Shown piece by piece: positions 40,334 to 51,501 of a stretch of 64,000 nucleotides of DNA. Made by a program: the position numbers and the translations under genes. The notes under the pieces are model-generated. The model worked only from the letters and a program-made list of their open reading frames with translations, was not told the DNA's origin and did not search any database. Origin of the DNA: an uncultured delta proteobacterium (GTDB lineage Bacteria > Myxococcota > Kuafuiibacteriia > Kuafuiibacteriales > Kuafuiibacteriaceae); NCBI GenBank assembly GCA_963803435.1, contig CAWDML010000002.1, positions 160,001 through 224,000 on the forward strand. Direction: 5' to 3'. Within the stretch, counting starts at the first letter, position 1; each line of letters starts with the position of its first letter.

Positions 40334-40832
40334 GCTCACCCACAAGGAGCGGCTCCAGCCGTCGCTGCTCGATCGGTTGACTGACGACGAGCCCGACAAG
40401 AAGCAGGAGTCCCGCACCCAGCGCGTGCTGAGCCCGAGCAAGCTGCGCGAGAGCGTGCGCCGCGATCTCGGCTGGCTCTTCAACACCACCAACCTCGCGT
40501 CGATGCGGCCCGAGATCCTGGCCACGCCGGAGGTGGCGAGGTCGGTCGTCAACTTCGGGCTCCCGGACCTGGCCGGGCACACCGCGTCGAGCGTCGACGT
40601 CCCGGTGCTGGAGCGCGTCTTGCGCGAGGTGATCTGGGACTTCGAGCCGCGCCTCCTCAAGAGCTCGGTCAAGGTCACGATCCTCGTCGACGAGGACGAG
40701 ATGAGCCACAACACCATGGGCTTCACCGTCGAGGCGATCCTGTGGGCGCAACCTCTCCCGCTGCGGCTGTTCCTCAAGTCCGAGATCGATCTCGAGACCG
40801 GCTCCATCTCCGTCGACGAGCTCAGGGAGTGA
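40326..40832 (+). CDS. tssE: T6SS baseplate TssE
   Basis: LQPSLLDRL, RRDLGWLFN, SVVNFGLPD, FEPRL. Confidence 0.95.
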   Translation: MAELTHKERLQPSLLDRLTDDEPDKKQESRTQRVLSPSKLRESVRRDLGWLFNTTNLASMRPEILATPEVARSVVNFGLPDLAGHTASSVDVPVLERVLREVIWDFEPRLLKSSVKVTILVDEDEMSHNTMGFTVEAILWAQPLPLRLFLKSEIDLETGSISVDELRE

Positions 40833-40839
40833 GGCCGAA

Positions 40840-42693
40840 ATGGATCCTCGCTTCATCCAGTATTACAACCGCGAGCTCCAATACATCCGTGAGATGGGCA
40901 GCGAGTTCGCCCGTCAGTTCGAGAAGATCGCCGGCCGCCTCGGCATGGACGGGTTCGAGGTCGCGGATCCGTATGTCGAGCGGCTGCTCGAGGGCTTCGC
41001 GTTCATGGCGGCGCGCGTCCAGCTCAAGCTCGACGACTCGTTTCCCAAGTTCACGCAACACCTCCTCGAGATGGTGTACCCGCACTATCTCGCGCCGACC
41101 CCCTCGATGGCCGTGGTGCAGCTCGAGCCCAACCCGCGCGAGGGCGCGCTCGGCGACGGCGTGACGGTACCGCGCGGCTCGGCGCTCCGCAGCCTGATCG
41201 GCAAGGACGAGCAGACCGCGTGCGAGTATCGGACCGCCCACGACGTCACGCTCTGGCCCATCCAGATCGCGAAGGCCGAGTACCGCACCTTCTTGGGCGC
41301 GCTCGACGATCTCCCCGCGGGCGATCTCGGCAAGGCCGAGGCCGTCTTCCGGCTGGGGCTGGTGACCACCGGAGGACAAAGCTTCGACAAGCTCCCGCTG
41401 GATCGGCTGTCGATCTTCCTCCGCGGGGAGCTCGAGGTGACCAGCCGTCTGTACGAGCAGCTGCACGGCCACGCGATCGGGGTGTTCGCGCGGCCGCGCC
41501 GGCGCCCGGGATCCTGGCAGCGTGTGGCCTCGAAGACGCCGATCCGACCGCTGGGCTTCACTGACGCGGAGGCGCTGCTCCCCCACGGGCCGCGCTCGTT
41601 CCAGGGCTACCGGTTGCTCCAGGAGTACTTCGCGTTTCCGGGGCGCTTCATGTTCGCGGAGTTGTGCGATCTCCGCGCGGCGCTGGCGCACTGTCCCGGC
41701 GAGGAGGTCGAGCTCCTCATCCTGTTCGACTCGCCGGACGCCGCGCTCGAGGGCGCGCTCGACGTCTCGCTCCTGGCGCTGCACGCGACCCCGGCGATCA
41801 ACCTGTTCCCGCGCCACGCCGATCGCATCCATCTGTCGGAGAACGAGCACGAGTATCACGTGATCCCAGATCGAACCCGGCCGATGGACTTCGAGGTCTT
41901 CTCGGTGGGCGACGTGATCGGCTACGGCAGCGGCATCGAGTCGAAGCGCCGGTTCACGCCCTTCTACGCTCACGGCGATCCGGGCGGAGATCAGACGTCC
42001 TACTACACGATCCGCCGGGAGCAACGCCGGCTGTCCGAGCGCCAGCGCGCCCGCGGATCCCGCTCGAGCTACGTGGGCAGCGAGATCTTCATCGCGCTGG
42101 TGGACGGAGACGAAGGGCCGTACTCCCCAGATCTCAAGCAGCTCGGGCTGGAGACGCTCTGCACCAACCGCGATCTGCCGCTCCACATGCCGCTCGGCCA
42201 GGGACGCACCGACTTCACGCTGGAGTCGGGGGCGCCGGTGGCGTCGATCCGCGCGTTGGCCGGACCCACGCCGCCGCGGGCCTCGCACGCCCACGGCAAC
42301 ACCGCCTGGCGGCTGATCAGCCACCTCTCGCTCAACTACCTCTCGGTGACCGAGCCGGGGGCGTTGCGCGAGCTGCTCACCCTGTACGCAGACCTCGGTG
42401 AGGCCGGGGCCAAGCGACAGATCGATGCGCTGCGCGCGGTGTCGGCGAGGTCGGTGGTGCGGCACCTCGACGCCGCCGGCCCGCTCGCGTTCGCGCGGGG
42501 CGTCGAGGTCAAGCTCTCCTGCGACGAGACGGCGTTCTCGGGCGGGAGCGTGTTCCTCTTCGGCGCCGTCCTCTCGCGCTTCTTCGCCAAGTACACCTCG
42601 ATCAACTCGTTCACCGAGACGGTCCTGGAGACGATCCAACGAGGGGAGGTCATGCGATGGCCAGCCAGCGCCGGCCTGACCCACGCGCTGTAG
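40840..42693 (+). CDS. tssF: T6SS baseplate TssF
   Basis: YYNRELQY, DPYVERLLEGFAF, GYRLLQEYF, CTNRDLP, WRLISHLSLNYLS, SINSFT. Confidence 0.97.
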   Translation: MDPRFIQYYNRELQYIREMGSEFARQFEKIAGRLGMDGFEVADPYVERLLEGFAFMAARVQLKLDDSFPKFTQHLLEMVYPHYLAPTPSMAVVQLEPNPREGALGDGVTVPRGSALRSLIGKDEQTACEYRTAHDVTLWPIQIAKAEYRTFLGALDDLPAGDLGKAEAVFRLGLVTTGGQSFDKLPLDRLSIFLRGELEVTSRLYEQLHGHAIGVFARPRRRPGSWQRVASKTPIRPLGFTDAEALLPHGPRSFQGYRLLQEYFAFPGRFMFAELCDLRAALAHCPGEEVELLILFDSPDAALEGALDVSLLALHATPAINLFPRHADRIHLSENEHEYHVIPDRTRPMDFEVFSVGDVIGYGSGIESKRRFTPFYAHGDPGGDQTSYYTIRREQRRLSERQRARGSRSSYVGSEIFIALVDGDEGPYSPDLKQLGLETLCTNRDLPLHMPLGQGRTDFTLESGAPVASIRALAGPTPPRASHAHGNTAWRLISHLSLNYLSVTEPGALRELLTLYADLGEAGAKRQIDALRAVSARSVVRHLDAAGPLAFARGVEVKLSCDETAFSGGSVFLFGAVLSRFFAKYTSINSFTETVLETIQRGEVMRWPASAGLTHAL

Positions 42694-43660
42694 CGCTCCT
42701 TCGAGCGCTCGAGGCGGCGCCGGGGAGCTTCGACTTCTTCCAGGCGCTGCGGAGGCTCGAATGCGCCTACCCGGAGCAGCCGCGCCTGGGCGAGGCCCGC
42801 CATCCCTCCGAGGAGCCGGTGCGGCTGGGGCAGGAGCCGACGCTCGCGTTCGCGCCCAGCACGATCGCGGCGCTCGAGTGGGACGGCGAGGAGCGGCCCC
42901 GGCTGATCTCGCGCTTCTTCGGGCTGTTCGGGCCGCACGGACCGCTGCCGCTGCACCTCACCGAGTACGCCCGCGATCGCCTGCGCAACGCGCAGGACGC
43001 GACCTTCGTCCGCTTCGCCGACCTCTTTCACCACCGGATGCTGGCGCTGTTCTACCGCGCCTTCGCGAACGCGGAGCCGACGGTGAGCCGCGACCGGCCC
43101 GACGCCGATCGCTTCGTCGGGTATGTGGGATCCCTCTTCGGCGTGATGTCGCGGCGGGCCAGGCCGGACCGCGCGTCGCTGCTCTATTACGCGGGGCGGC
43201 TGGCGGCGCAGCCGAAGAACGCGGAGGGGCTGGCCGCGGTGATCGCGGACGCCCTGGGCGTCCGCTGCGCCATCGAGCAGTTCATCGGCGAGTGGATCGC
43301 GGTGCCCCCGACGGCGCGCTGGCGGCTCGGTCAGGCCGCGCTCGGCCAGGGGACCACGGTGGGCGCGCGCGCCTGGCTGTGCCAGGGCAAGTTTCGGATC
43401 GTGATCGGCCCGGTCGATCACCGCCGGTTCGAGAGCCTGCTCCCGGGCGGCGAGGCGTTCCTACGGGTCGAAGAGCTGGTCGAGCTCTATGTCGGCCACC
43501 AGCTCGCGTGGGACGTCCGTTTGATCGTCGACGAGAGCAGAAAGCCGTGGACGCTCGGACAGCGATCGAAGCTCGGGTGGACCACCTCGCTCGGGCGGAG
43601 CAGACAGCCGGGCAGCATCGTGGTCCGCCCGCCCAGGAACAAGACGGAGGAAGTTCGAGA
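42657..43660 (+). CDS. tssG: T6SS baseplate TssG (no in-frame stop before tssH; end approximate)
   Basis: FDFFQALRRLE, FFGLFGPHGPLPLH, FADLFHHR, KFRIVIGP, LGWTT. Confidence 0.9.
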
Positions 43661-46315
43661 TGGCAGAAATCAGTCGCGCGGCCCTGTTCGGGAAGCTCAA
43701 CCGCATCGCGTACCGCTCGATCGAGAGCGCGACCGTGTTCTGCAAGATGCGCGGGAATCCGTACGTCGAGCTGGTGCACTGGTTCCATCAGATCCTCCAG
43801 CTCCAAGATTCGGATCTGCAGCCGTTGATCCGCGAGTTCTCGCTCGATCCGGCGCGGCTGGCGAAGGACCTGACCGAGGCGCTCGACGCCCTGCCGCGGG
43901 GATCGACCTCGATCTCGGATCTCTCCGCACACGTGGAGGAGGCCGTCGAGCGCGGGTGGGTCTACGGCTCGCTGCTCTTCGGCGAGTCGCAGATCCGGAC
44001 CGGCCACCTGGTGGTCGGCGTGCTCAAGACGCCGGGCCTCAAGAACGCGCTGCTCAGGATGTCCGGTGAGTTCGCCAAGATCACGATCGATCGCCTGACC
44101 GAGCGCTTCGCGAAGATGCTGGGCGCCTCGCCCGAGGCCACCCTGGGCGCCGACCGACGGCAGCGCGGCGCCGGGCGAGGCCAGCGGCGCCATGCCGCCG
44201 CCGCAGATGGGCAAGCAGGAGGCGCCTGCGTCGCTTCTCGGTCGACCTGACCGAGCGCGCGCGCAAGGGCGAGATCGATCCGGTCGTCGGGCGCGACGAC
44301 GAGATCCGGCAGATCGTCGACATCCTCATGCGGCGCCGGCAGAACAACCCGATCCTCACCGGCGAGGCCGGCGTGGGAAAGACGGCGGTGGTCGAGGGCT
44401 TCGCGCTGCGCATCGCGTCGGGCGACGTCCCGCCGCCGCTGAAGGACGTCACGCTGCGCTCGCTCGACATCGGGCTGCTGCAGGCCGGCGCCAGCATGAA
44501 GGGCGAGTTCGAGAACCGGCTGCGCCAGGTGATCGACGAGGTGCAGGCGTCGCCGAAGCCGATCATCCTGTTCATCGACGAGGCGCACACGCTGATCGGT
44601 GCGGGCGGCGCGGCCGGCACGGGCGACGCGGCCAATCTGCTGAAGCCGGCGCTGGCCCGCGGCACGCTGCGGACGATCGCGGCCACCACCTGGGCCGAGT
44701 ACAAGAAGCACATCGAGAAGGATCCGGCGCTGACGCGGCGCTTCCAGGTGGTGCAGATCGAGGAGCCGACCGAGGCGCAGCACGCTCCTGATGATGCGCG
44801 GCGATCGCCGACGATGCTGGAGAAGCACCACCGCGTGCAGGTCCTCGACGAGGCCCTCGAAGCCGCGGTGAAGCTGTCGCACCGCTACATCCCGGCGCGG
44901 CAGCTCCCCGACAAGGCGGTCAGCCTGCTCGACACCGCCTGCGCGCGCGTCGCCGTCAGCCAGCACGCGACCCCGGCCGAGGTCGAGGACGCCGAGCGGC
45001 GGATCGAGGCGCTCGACACCGAGCTCGAGATCATCGGGCGCGAGGAGGCGGTCGGCGTGCCGGTCGGCGATCGGCGCGCCGTGGCCTCGAAGAAGCGCAC
45101 CGAGGAGCAGGCGCGGCTCGCGGAGCTGGACAAGCGCTGGCAGGAGGAGAAGGTCGATCGTCGATCAGATCTCGCTCCAGATGCGCGCCGACCTCCGGAA
45201 GGAGGAGCGCGAAGGATCGCGAGAGCGCCTCGCTGGACAAGCTCCAGGGCCTGCAGACAGGCGAGCTGCACGACGCTCCAGGGCGAGCGGCCGCTTGATC
45301 CTTCCGAGCGTCGACGAGCAGGCCGTGGCCGCGGTGGTGGCGGACTGGACCGGGCATCCCCGTCGGCCGGATGGTGAAGAACGAGATCGAGACGGTCCTC
45401 AACCTGGCCGAGACGCTCGATCAGCGGGTGATCGGCCAGACGCACGCGCTCGAGATGATCGCGAGGCGCATCCAGACCTCTCGCGCCGGGCTCGAGAACC
45501 CGAGCAAGCCGATCGGCGTCTTCCTGCTGGCCGGGCCCTCCGGCGTCGGCAAGACGGAGACCGCGCTGGCCCTGGCGGAGACGCTCTACGGCGGCGAGCA
45601 GAACCTGATCACGATCAACATGAGCGAGTTCCAGGAGGCCCACACGGTCTCGACGCTCAAGGGCGCGCCTCCCGGATACGTGGGCTACGGCGAGGGCGGG
45701 GTGCTGACCGAGGCCGTGCGCCGGCGGCCCTACAGCGTGGTGCTGCTCGACGAGGTGGAGAAGGCCCACCCGGACGTGCACGAGATCTTCTTCCAGGTCT
45801 TCGACAAGGGCTGGATGGAGGACGGCGAGGGCCGGCTGATCGACTTCAAGAACACGTTGATCCTCCTGACCTCCAACGTCGGCAGCGATCTGATCATGAA
45901 GATGTGTGCCGACCCCGAGCTGACGCCGAGCGCCGAGGCGATCGCCAAGGCGCTGCGACGGCCATGCTCAAGGTGTTCCCGGCGGCGCTGCTGGGGCGCC
46001 TGGTCGTGATCCCGTACTACCCGCTGAGCGACGAGATGATCGGTCGCATCACGCGGCTCCAGCTGGCCCGCATCGAGAAGCGGATCGAGGCGAACCACGG
46101 GATCCCGTTCACCTACGACGACGCCGCGGTCGTCGCTGATCGTGAGCCGCTGCACCGAGCTGGAGAGCGGCGGCCGCATGATCGACGCCATCCTCACCAA
46201 CACGATGCTGCCTCGCATCAGCCAGGAGATCCTCACCCGGCTGATGCAAGGCGATCCGGTGCGGGCCGTGAGCGTGAGCGCCGCCGGCAGCGACTTCTCG
46301 TACGCCTTCGAATAA
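43660..46315 (+). CDS. tssH: T6SS ATPase ClpV/TssH (several frameshifts)
   Basis: RGNPYVELVHW, RRRQNNPILTGEAGVGKT, FIDEAH, GPSGVGKT, PYSVVLLDEVEKAH spread over several frames; TAA at 46313-46315. Confidence 0.9.
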
Positions 46316-46317
46316 CC

Positions 46318-48414
46318 ATGAATAGACCAGTTCAGATCGACACTCCGCTCGGCGAGGGCGCGCTCCTCTTCCTCCGGATGGAGGGACGAGAAGAGCTGGG
46401 CCGCCCCTTCGAGCTTCAGCTCGAGCTCCTGAGCGCTCAGGACGACGTCGACTTCACCAAGGTCGTGGGCCAGACGATGACGGTGCACCTCGAGCAGGCC
46501 GACGGGCAGCTCCGGCACTTCAACGGCGTCTGCAGCCGCATGTCCTACGGCGGCACGCACGGCCGCTACGTGCGGTATCTGGCCACGCTCCGGCCCTGGA
46601 TGTGGCTGCTCACCCGGACGGCCGACTGCAAGATCTTCCAGAACAAGTCGGCGCCCGACATCATCAAGGAGATCTTCCGCGAGCAGGGTCAGACGCAGTT
46701 CGAGGAGTCGCTCAGCCGCTCGTACCGGGTGCGCGAGTACTGTGTGCAGTACCGCGAGACCGACTTCGCCTTCATCAGCCGCTTGATGGAGGAGGAAGGC
46801 ATCTACTACTTCTTCAAGCACGAGGAGAAGAAGCACACGCTGGTGCTCTCCGACTCGTACAGCGCGCACAGTAAGATCCCGGGCTACGAGGAGGTCCCGT
46901 TCTATCCCGAGAGCGAGAAGGCGCGTCGCGAGCGCGACCACATCGAGGTCTGGTCCGCCTCCCAGCAGCTCGAGCCCGGCGCCTACTTCCTCGAGGACTT
47001 CGACTTCGAGCGTCCGATGGCGAACCTGGAGGTGAAGCTGGCCTCGCAGGACAAGCTCGCCAAGAAGGAGCTCGAGATCTACGAGTACCCCGGCGACTAC
47101 ACCCAGACCGCCGACGGCGGAGACCTACGTTCGGCTGCGGCTCGAGGAGCTGTACGCCCGGCAGGCGCTGGCAAGCGGGGCGGGCGACGTGCGCGGTCTG
47201 ACGCCGGGCGGGCTGTTCACGCTGACGAACTTCCCGCGCGCGGATCAGAATCGCGAGTACCTGGTGGTGTCGGCGCAGTACGAGCTGAGCTCCGATGCGT
47301 ACGAGTCGGCGCCCTCCGGCGAGCCGGCGGTGTTCCACTGCGCCTTCACCGCGATCGACAGCCAGCGGCCCTACCGCTCGGCGCGGACCACGCCGCGCCC
47401 CGGGATCCAGGGCCCGCAGACCGCCATCGTGGTGGGCAAGTCGGGCGAGGAGATCTGGACCGACAAGCACGGGCGCGTGAAGCTGCAGTTCCACTGGGAT
47501 CGCGCTGGGCAAGTCCGACGAGAAGAGCTCGTGCTGGGTGCGGGTCGCGCAGGTCTGGGCGCGGCAAGGCTGGGGCGGCATCCACATCCCGCGGATCGGC
47601 CAGGAGGTGATCGTCGAGTTCCTCGAGGGTGATCCGGATCGACCGATCATCACCGGGCGGGTCTACAACGGCGACAACATGCCGCCGTACGCGCTGCCGG
47701 CGAACCAGACCCAGAGCGGCATCAAGAGCCGGAGCACGCAAGGACGGCAACGAGGACAACTTCAACGAGATCCGCTTCGAGGACAAGAAGGGCAGCGAGC
47801 AGATCTACATCCATGCGGAGAAGGACCTCGAGGTGCTGGTCGAGAACGACGCCAAGCACACGGTCCTGCACGACGAGACCACCACGATCGAGAACAACCG
47901 CACGGAGGAGGTGAAGAAGGACGAGACGATCACCATCCGGGGCAATCGCACCGAGACCGTGGACAAGGACGAGACGATCACGATCAACGGCAACCGGACG
48001 GAGAGCGTCGGCAAGAACGAGACGATCACCATCAGCGGCAGCCGCACCGAGTCGGTGAGCAAGGACGAGACGATCTCGATCGACGCGAGCCGGATCGTCA
48101 GCGTGACCAAGGACGAGGAGATGACGGTGGGCGGCGCCCAGGTGCTCGACGTCGGCAAGGACCAGGAGGTCAACGTCGGCGGCAATCGCAAGGCCGCAGT
48201 GGGCAAGAGCGATCAGCTGGACGTGTCGCAGAAGCTGACGATCACCGCCGGGCAGGAGCTGGTGCTGAAGGTGGGTGCCGCCAGCATCACGATGAAGGCC
48301 AGCGGCGACATCATCGTCAAAGGCGTCAACGTCACGGTCGAGGGCGCCGCCTCCGCCAAGCTCAAGTCTTCGGGCGCGGTGGAGATCTCGGGCGCGATGA
48401 TCACCCAGAAGTAG
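46318..48414 (+). CDS. vgrG: T6SS spike VgrG (three frameshifts)
   Basis: [70 protein letters not shown]. Confidence 0.92.
47870..48240 (+). repeat. gp5-like C-terminal octapeptide repeats of VgrG
   Basis: DETITIxG / NRTExVxK units (48-bp periodicity) in tandem. Confidence 0.8.
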
Positions 48415-48422
48415 CGGTCAGC

Positions 48423-49430
48423 TCACTTGACGGTGATGCGGACCGTCCGATTGTTGCCGATCGCCTCGAGCGTGGTCTCGGCGATGGCGAACTTTCCGGT
48501 CACGCGCACCACCTTGAACGTTCCGTTCGAGACCGGCTCGTCGGTGCTGCCCTCGAGCACCACGCCGCTCATGCCGGGCCGGACGCCCTTGTCCTCGCCG
48601 ATCTCGATGTGGAGCGTCCGCTTTCCGTCGCGGGTGTACATGCTGATGATCCGGCCGCGGACGTAGACGTCCTTCGGCTCGCGGGTCGGTGGCGGCGGGC
48701 GCGACACGCGCTTCTTGACGCAGCGCCCCCGCTCGCACGAGCCCTCGCACTCGATCGGGATGCCCCAGGCGAGACAACCGCCGGCGCCGCGGACGCACAG
48801 CTGCGAGCTGTCCTTCGAGGCGCAGCGCCGCTCGTCCGGCTGGCACTGATCGGTGCAGCCGGCGGCGCATTGGCCCTCACGGCACGTCTGATCGGCTCCG
48901 CAGCTCTGCACCTCCACCCAGGCGTTGCAGCCCTCCTTGGTGAGCTGGCAGACCGCGAAGCCGTCCTTGCCGACGCAGATCTGCTGGCCAACGGTACAGT
49001 CGTGGCAGCGCTTCGGCATCGTCTTGGTGAAGAGCGCCTTGAGCGAGTAGGGCGAGCTGGTCTCGGCGTTGGCCTCCACCCGGAGGTAGTACCGATCCTT
49101 GCTCGGGATCTGGAACTTGAGCTGCTTGCCTTTCTGTCCCCAGGTCTCGCCGGCGGCCAGCGGCTTGCCGAGGGCGTCGTAGAGGTCGAGCGACAGGTTG
49201 GCGCGCTCGCTGTCCCAGTGCAGCTGCACCTCGAGCTCTCCGGGCTGGGTCAGATCGAGGTATCTCCAGTCGGTGGCGTCCCCCTCGGAGGCGTCGACGG
49301 TGTCGTCCGCGATGGTGTCGAGCTCGAGCGGAGACGCGTGGATCCGCTCGGCGTCCGGGCCGCTCAGCTCGTTGCGCGCGTGGCTGCACGCGATCGCGCA
49401 GGACACCAGTAGGATGCAGGCCTCGCGCAT
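48423..49430 (-). CDS. Cys-rich lipoprotein (PPC-like N-domain, FlgT_C-like C-domain)
   Basis: LLVSCAIAC lipobox; GDATDW..LDLYD..YYLRV..YSL; Cys repeats; [23 protein letters not shown]. Confidence 0.7.
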   Translation of the reverse strand: MREACILLVSCAIACSHARNELSGPDAERIHASPLELDTIADDTVDASEGDATDWRYLDLTQPGELEVQLHWDSERANLSLDLYDALGKPLAAGETWGQKGKQLKFQIPSKDRYYLRVEANAETSSPYSLKALFTKTMPKRCHDCTVGQQICVGKDGFAVCQLTKEGCNAWVEVQSCGADQTCREGQCAAGCTDQCQPDERRCASKDSSQLCVRGAGGCLAWGIPIECEGSCERGRCVKKRVSRPPPPTREPKDVYVRGRIISMYTRDGKRTLHIEIGEDKGVRPGMSGVVLEGSTDEPVSNGTFKVVRVTGKFAIAETTLEAIGNNRTVRITVK

Positions 49431-49472
49431 CACGCACGTCCCATAGCACGCTCCGGCGGCGCGGAAAAACTG

Positions 49473-51371
49473 ATGTACCATCGAGCCGTCTTGGGCTCGG
49501 AGATCATCGTGTGCGGCAAGCGGATGGACATCGGACACCCCGTCCGCACCTTCATGGACAGCGACGGCTACAACGCCTACCTCACGCATCGGACGGACGA
49601 TCCCAGCCAGAAGTTCCCTACGTACCCGGCGCCGGGGATGGAGGGCCGCGAGCTGCGCTACCGCGAGCGCCGGCTCCTGGGACGCGAGCGGACGCTCCAG
49701 AACCTGAAGCGGGCGGTGCGGCAGGTGGTGGTCCACCTGGACGGCTGCGCGAACGCTCGCTTGTGCTTCGACGTGCTCCACAACCAGCACGGGCTGTCGG
49801 TGCACTTCATGGTCGACAACGACGGCACGATCTACCAGACGCTCGACCTGGTCGACTGCGCCTTCCACGCCGCCGGCGTGAACGAGACCTCGGTCGGGAT
49901 CGAGGTCCAGAATCGCGGCGACGCCGCCCGTTTCCCGCACAGCTATCGGGAGGAGCGGCCCACCGTCACCTGCACGGTGCACGGCCAGCAGTTCCTCGCC
50001 TACGACTTCACCGACGCCCAATACGAGGGGATGGTCCGCCTCGGCCGGGCGCTCGCGCGTATCCTCGATCTTCCGCTTCAGGTCCCGCGCGCCTCGACCG
50101 GCGAGGCCATCTGGACCACCATCGCCGACCCGCGCCGCTTCGACGGCTTCCTCGGGCACTATCACATCAACAAGGAGAAGTGGGATCCGGGACCGTGGGA
50201 CTTCCAGCGAATGTTCCGCAAGATCGGGAGCCGCGTGACGCTCCCGCTCACCGCGATGCCGGCCGGCGCGCCGGCGAAGAAGCTCGCGGAGAGCGCCGAC
50301 GCGTACTACGAGGCCAACGAGCGCGACGGCTCCGGCTACTTCCCGGTGGGGCCGCTCGGCGAGTCTCGGCTGTGGCACGGAGGCGTGCATCTCCCCGGCC
50401 GCGCCGACGCGCCGATCTACGCACCGCTCGGCGGGACGGTGGTGGCGGCACGGCTCGCCGGGCCGTGCACCGCGGGGAGCTGCAACTTCATCTTGATGCG
50501 GCATCAGCTGGAGACGGTCGCGCGCTCGCTCCCCTTCTTCACGCTCTACTTCCACGTGCGCACCGAGACGAGCGATCCCGAGTCGCCGCCCTGGCTCACG
50601 CGGAGCGGGGACGCGGCCGAGATCCTGGCGCAGGGCCGCACCGCGCTGCTCTCGGAGCAGGTGGACGGCGGCGAGCTCCTCGGCCACGTGGGCGAGGCCG
50701 GGCCCGCGGAGGTGCGGCGGCCGCAGCTCCACTTCGCCGTCTTCTCGCAAGAAGAGATGGGTCGGATCGTCGATCCCGGCTACTGGGAAGTGGTGATCGG
50801 CACAGAGACCAATCGCTTCTGCCGCAACAAGGAGATCATCGATCGCATCGATCTCCCGCTCGGCGGCAAGCCTCGCGACGGCCTGCTCTCGCGCTACGAG
50901 CTGCGGCGCTTCTTCACCTCGAACGCGGCCCGCGCCGACCTCCACCGGATGGTGGTGCGCCACCTCTCCGAGTGGACCGAGGGCGACTGGCAGGCCGACC
51001 TCGAGACCGCGCCGGACTTCGCCGCGCTCCCCGAGGCGGTGCGGCGGAAGATGATCGCCGAGCAGATCGAGCCCACGCTCTGGTGGACCGAGAGCGTCGC
51101 GCGCCACGCCGGTCTGCCGGACAACGGCGTGATCTACTCGTACCACCCGATCGGCTTCCTGGTGTGGTACGACCAGCTGATGCGGAAGAACGCGAACCTC
51201 CGTGCCGCCGGGATCCAGGTGGCCCGCGCCGACCTCGCGATCTCCGGGACCGACAGCTTCAAGCTCGACTTCGAGTCGACGCTGCACATGACCGATCAGG
51301 AGGACCTCCTGGCCGGCTCGCAGGGCCAGAAGCTCACGCTCGAGGAGCTGATCGATGGCTATCCGGAGTGA
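49473..51371 (+). CDS. N-acetylmuramoyl-L-alanine amidase fused to M23-like domain
   Basis: VVVH, SVHFMVDNDGTIYQ, AFHA..N..SVGIE, GHYH..KWDPG (Amidase_2); WHGGVHL..P.YA..G.VVAARL..LY.H..LGHVG..QLHF; HLSEW..WW..YHPIGF. Confidence 0.85.
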   Translation: MYHRAVLGSEIIVCGKRMDIGHPVRTFMDSDGYNAYLTHRTDDPSQKFPTYPAPGMEGRELRYRERRLLGRERTLQNLKRAVRQVVVHLDGCANARLCFDVLHNQHGLSVHFMVDNDGTIYQTLDLVDCAFHAAGVNETSVGIEVQNRGDAARFPHSYREERPTVTCTVHGQQFLAYDFTDAQYEGMVRLGRALARILDLPLQVPRASTGEAIWTTIADPRRFDGFLGHYHINKEKWDPGPWDFQRMFRKIGSRVTLPLTAMPAGAPAKKLAESADAYYEANERDGSGYFPVGPLGESRLWHGGVHLPGRADAPIYAPLGGTVVAARLAGPCTAGSCNFILMRHQLETVARSLPFFTLYFHVRTETSDPESPPWLTRSGDAAEILAQGRTALLSEQVDGGELLGHVGEAGPAEVRRPQLHFAVFSQEEMGRIVDPGYWEVVIGTETNRFCRNKEIIDRIDLPLGGKPRDGLLSRYELRRFFTSNAARADLHRMVVRHLSEWTEGDWQADLETAPDFAALPEAVRRKMIAEQIEPTLWWTESVARHAGLPDNGVIYSYHPIGFLVWYDQLMRKNANLRAAGIQVARADLAISGTDSFKLDFESTLHMTDQEDLLAGSQGQKLTLEELIDGYPE

Positions 51372-51375
51372 GGGC

Positions 51376-51486
51376 GTGACGCGGCGCCGCTTCGCCGCGA
51401 TCCTCTTGGGCGCGATCGTCGCTGCGTTCGCGCCGCGGAGGAAGAGGCGGTCCAGGCGTCCGATCGTGTGGATCGGTCACATCTGA
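51376..51486 (+). CDS. small basic peptide (36 aa), Tat-like N-terminus
   Basis: Hand translation from GTG: MTRRRFAAILLGAIVAAFAPRRKRRSRRPIVWIGHI*; 4 nt after amidase stop, GGAG/GAGG upstream. Confidence 0.45.
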   Translation: MTRRRFAAILLGAIVAAFAPRRKRRSRRPIVWIGHI

Positions 51487-51501
51487 AGGGCGACCGGCAG
51501 T

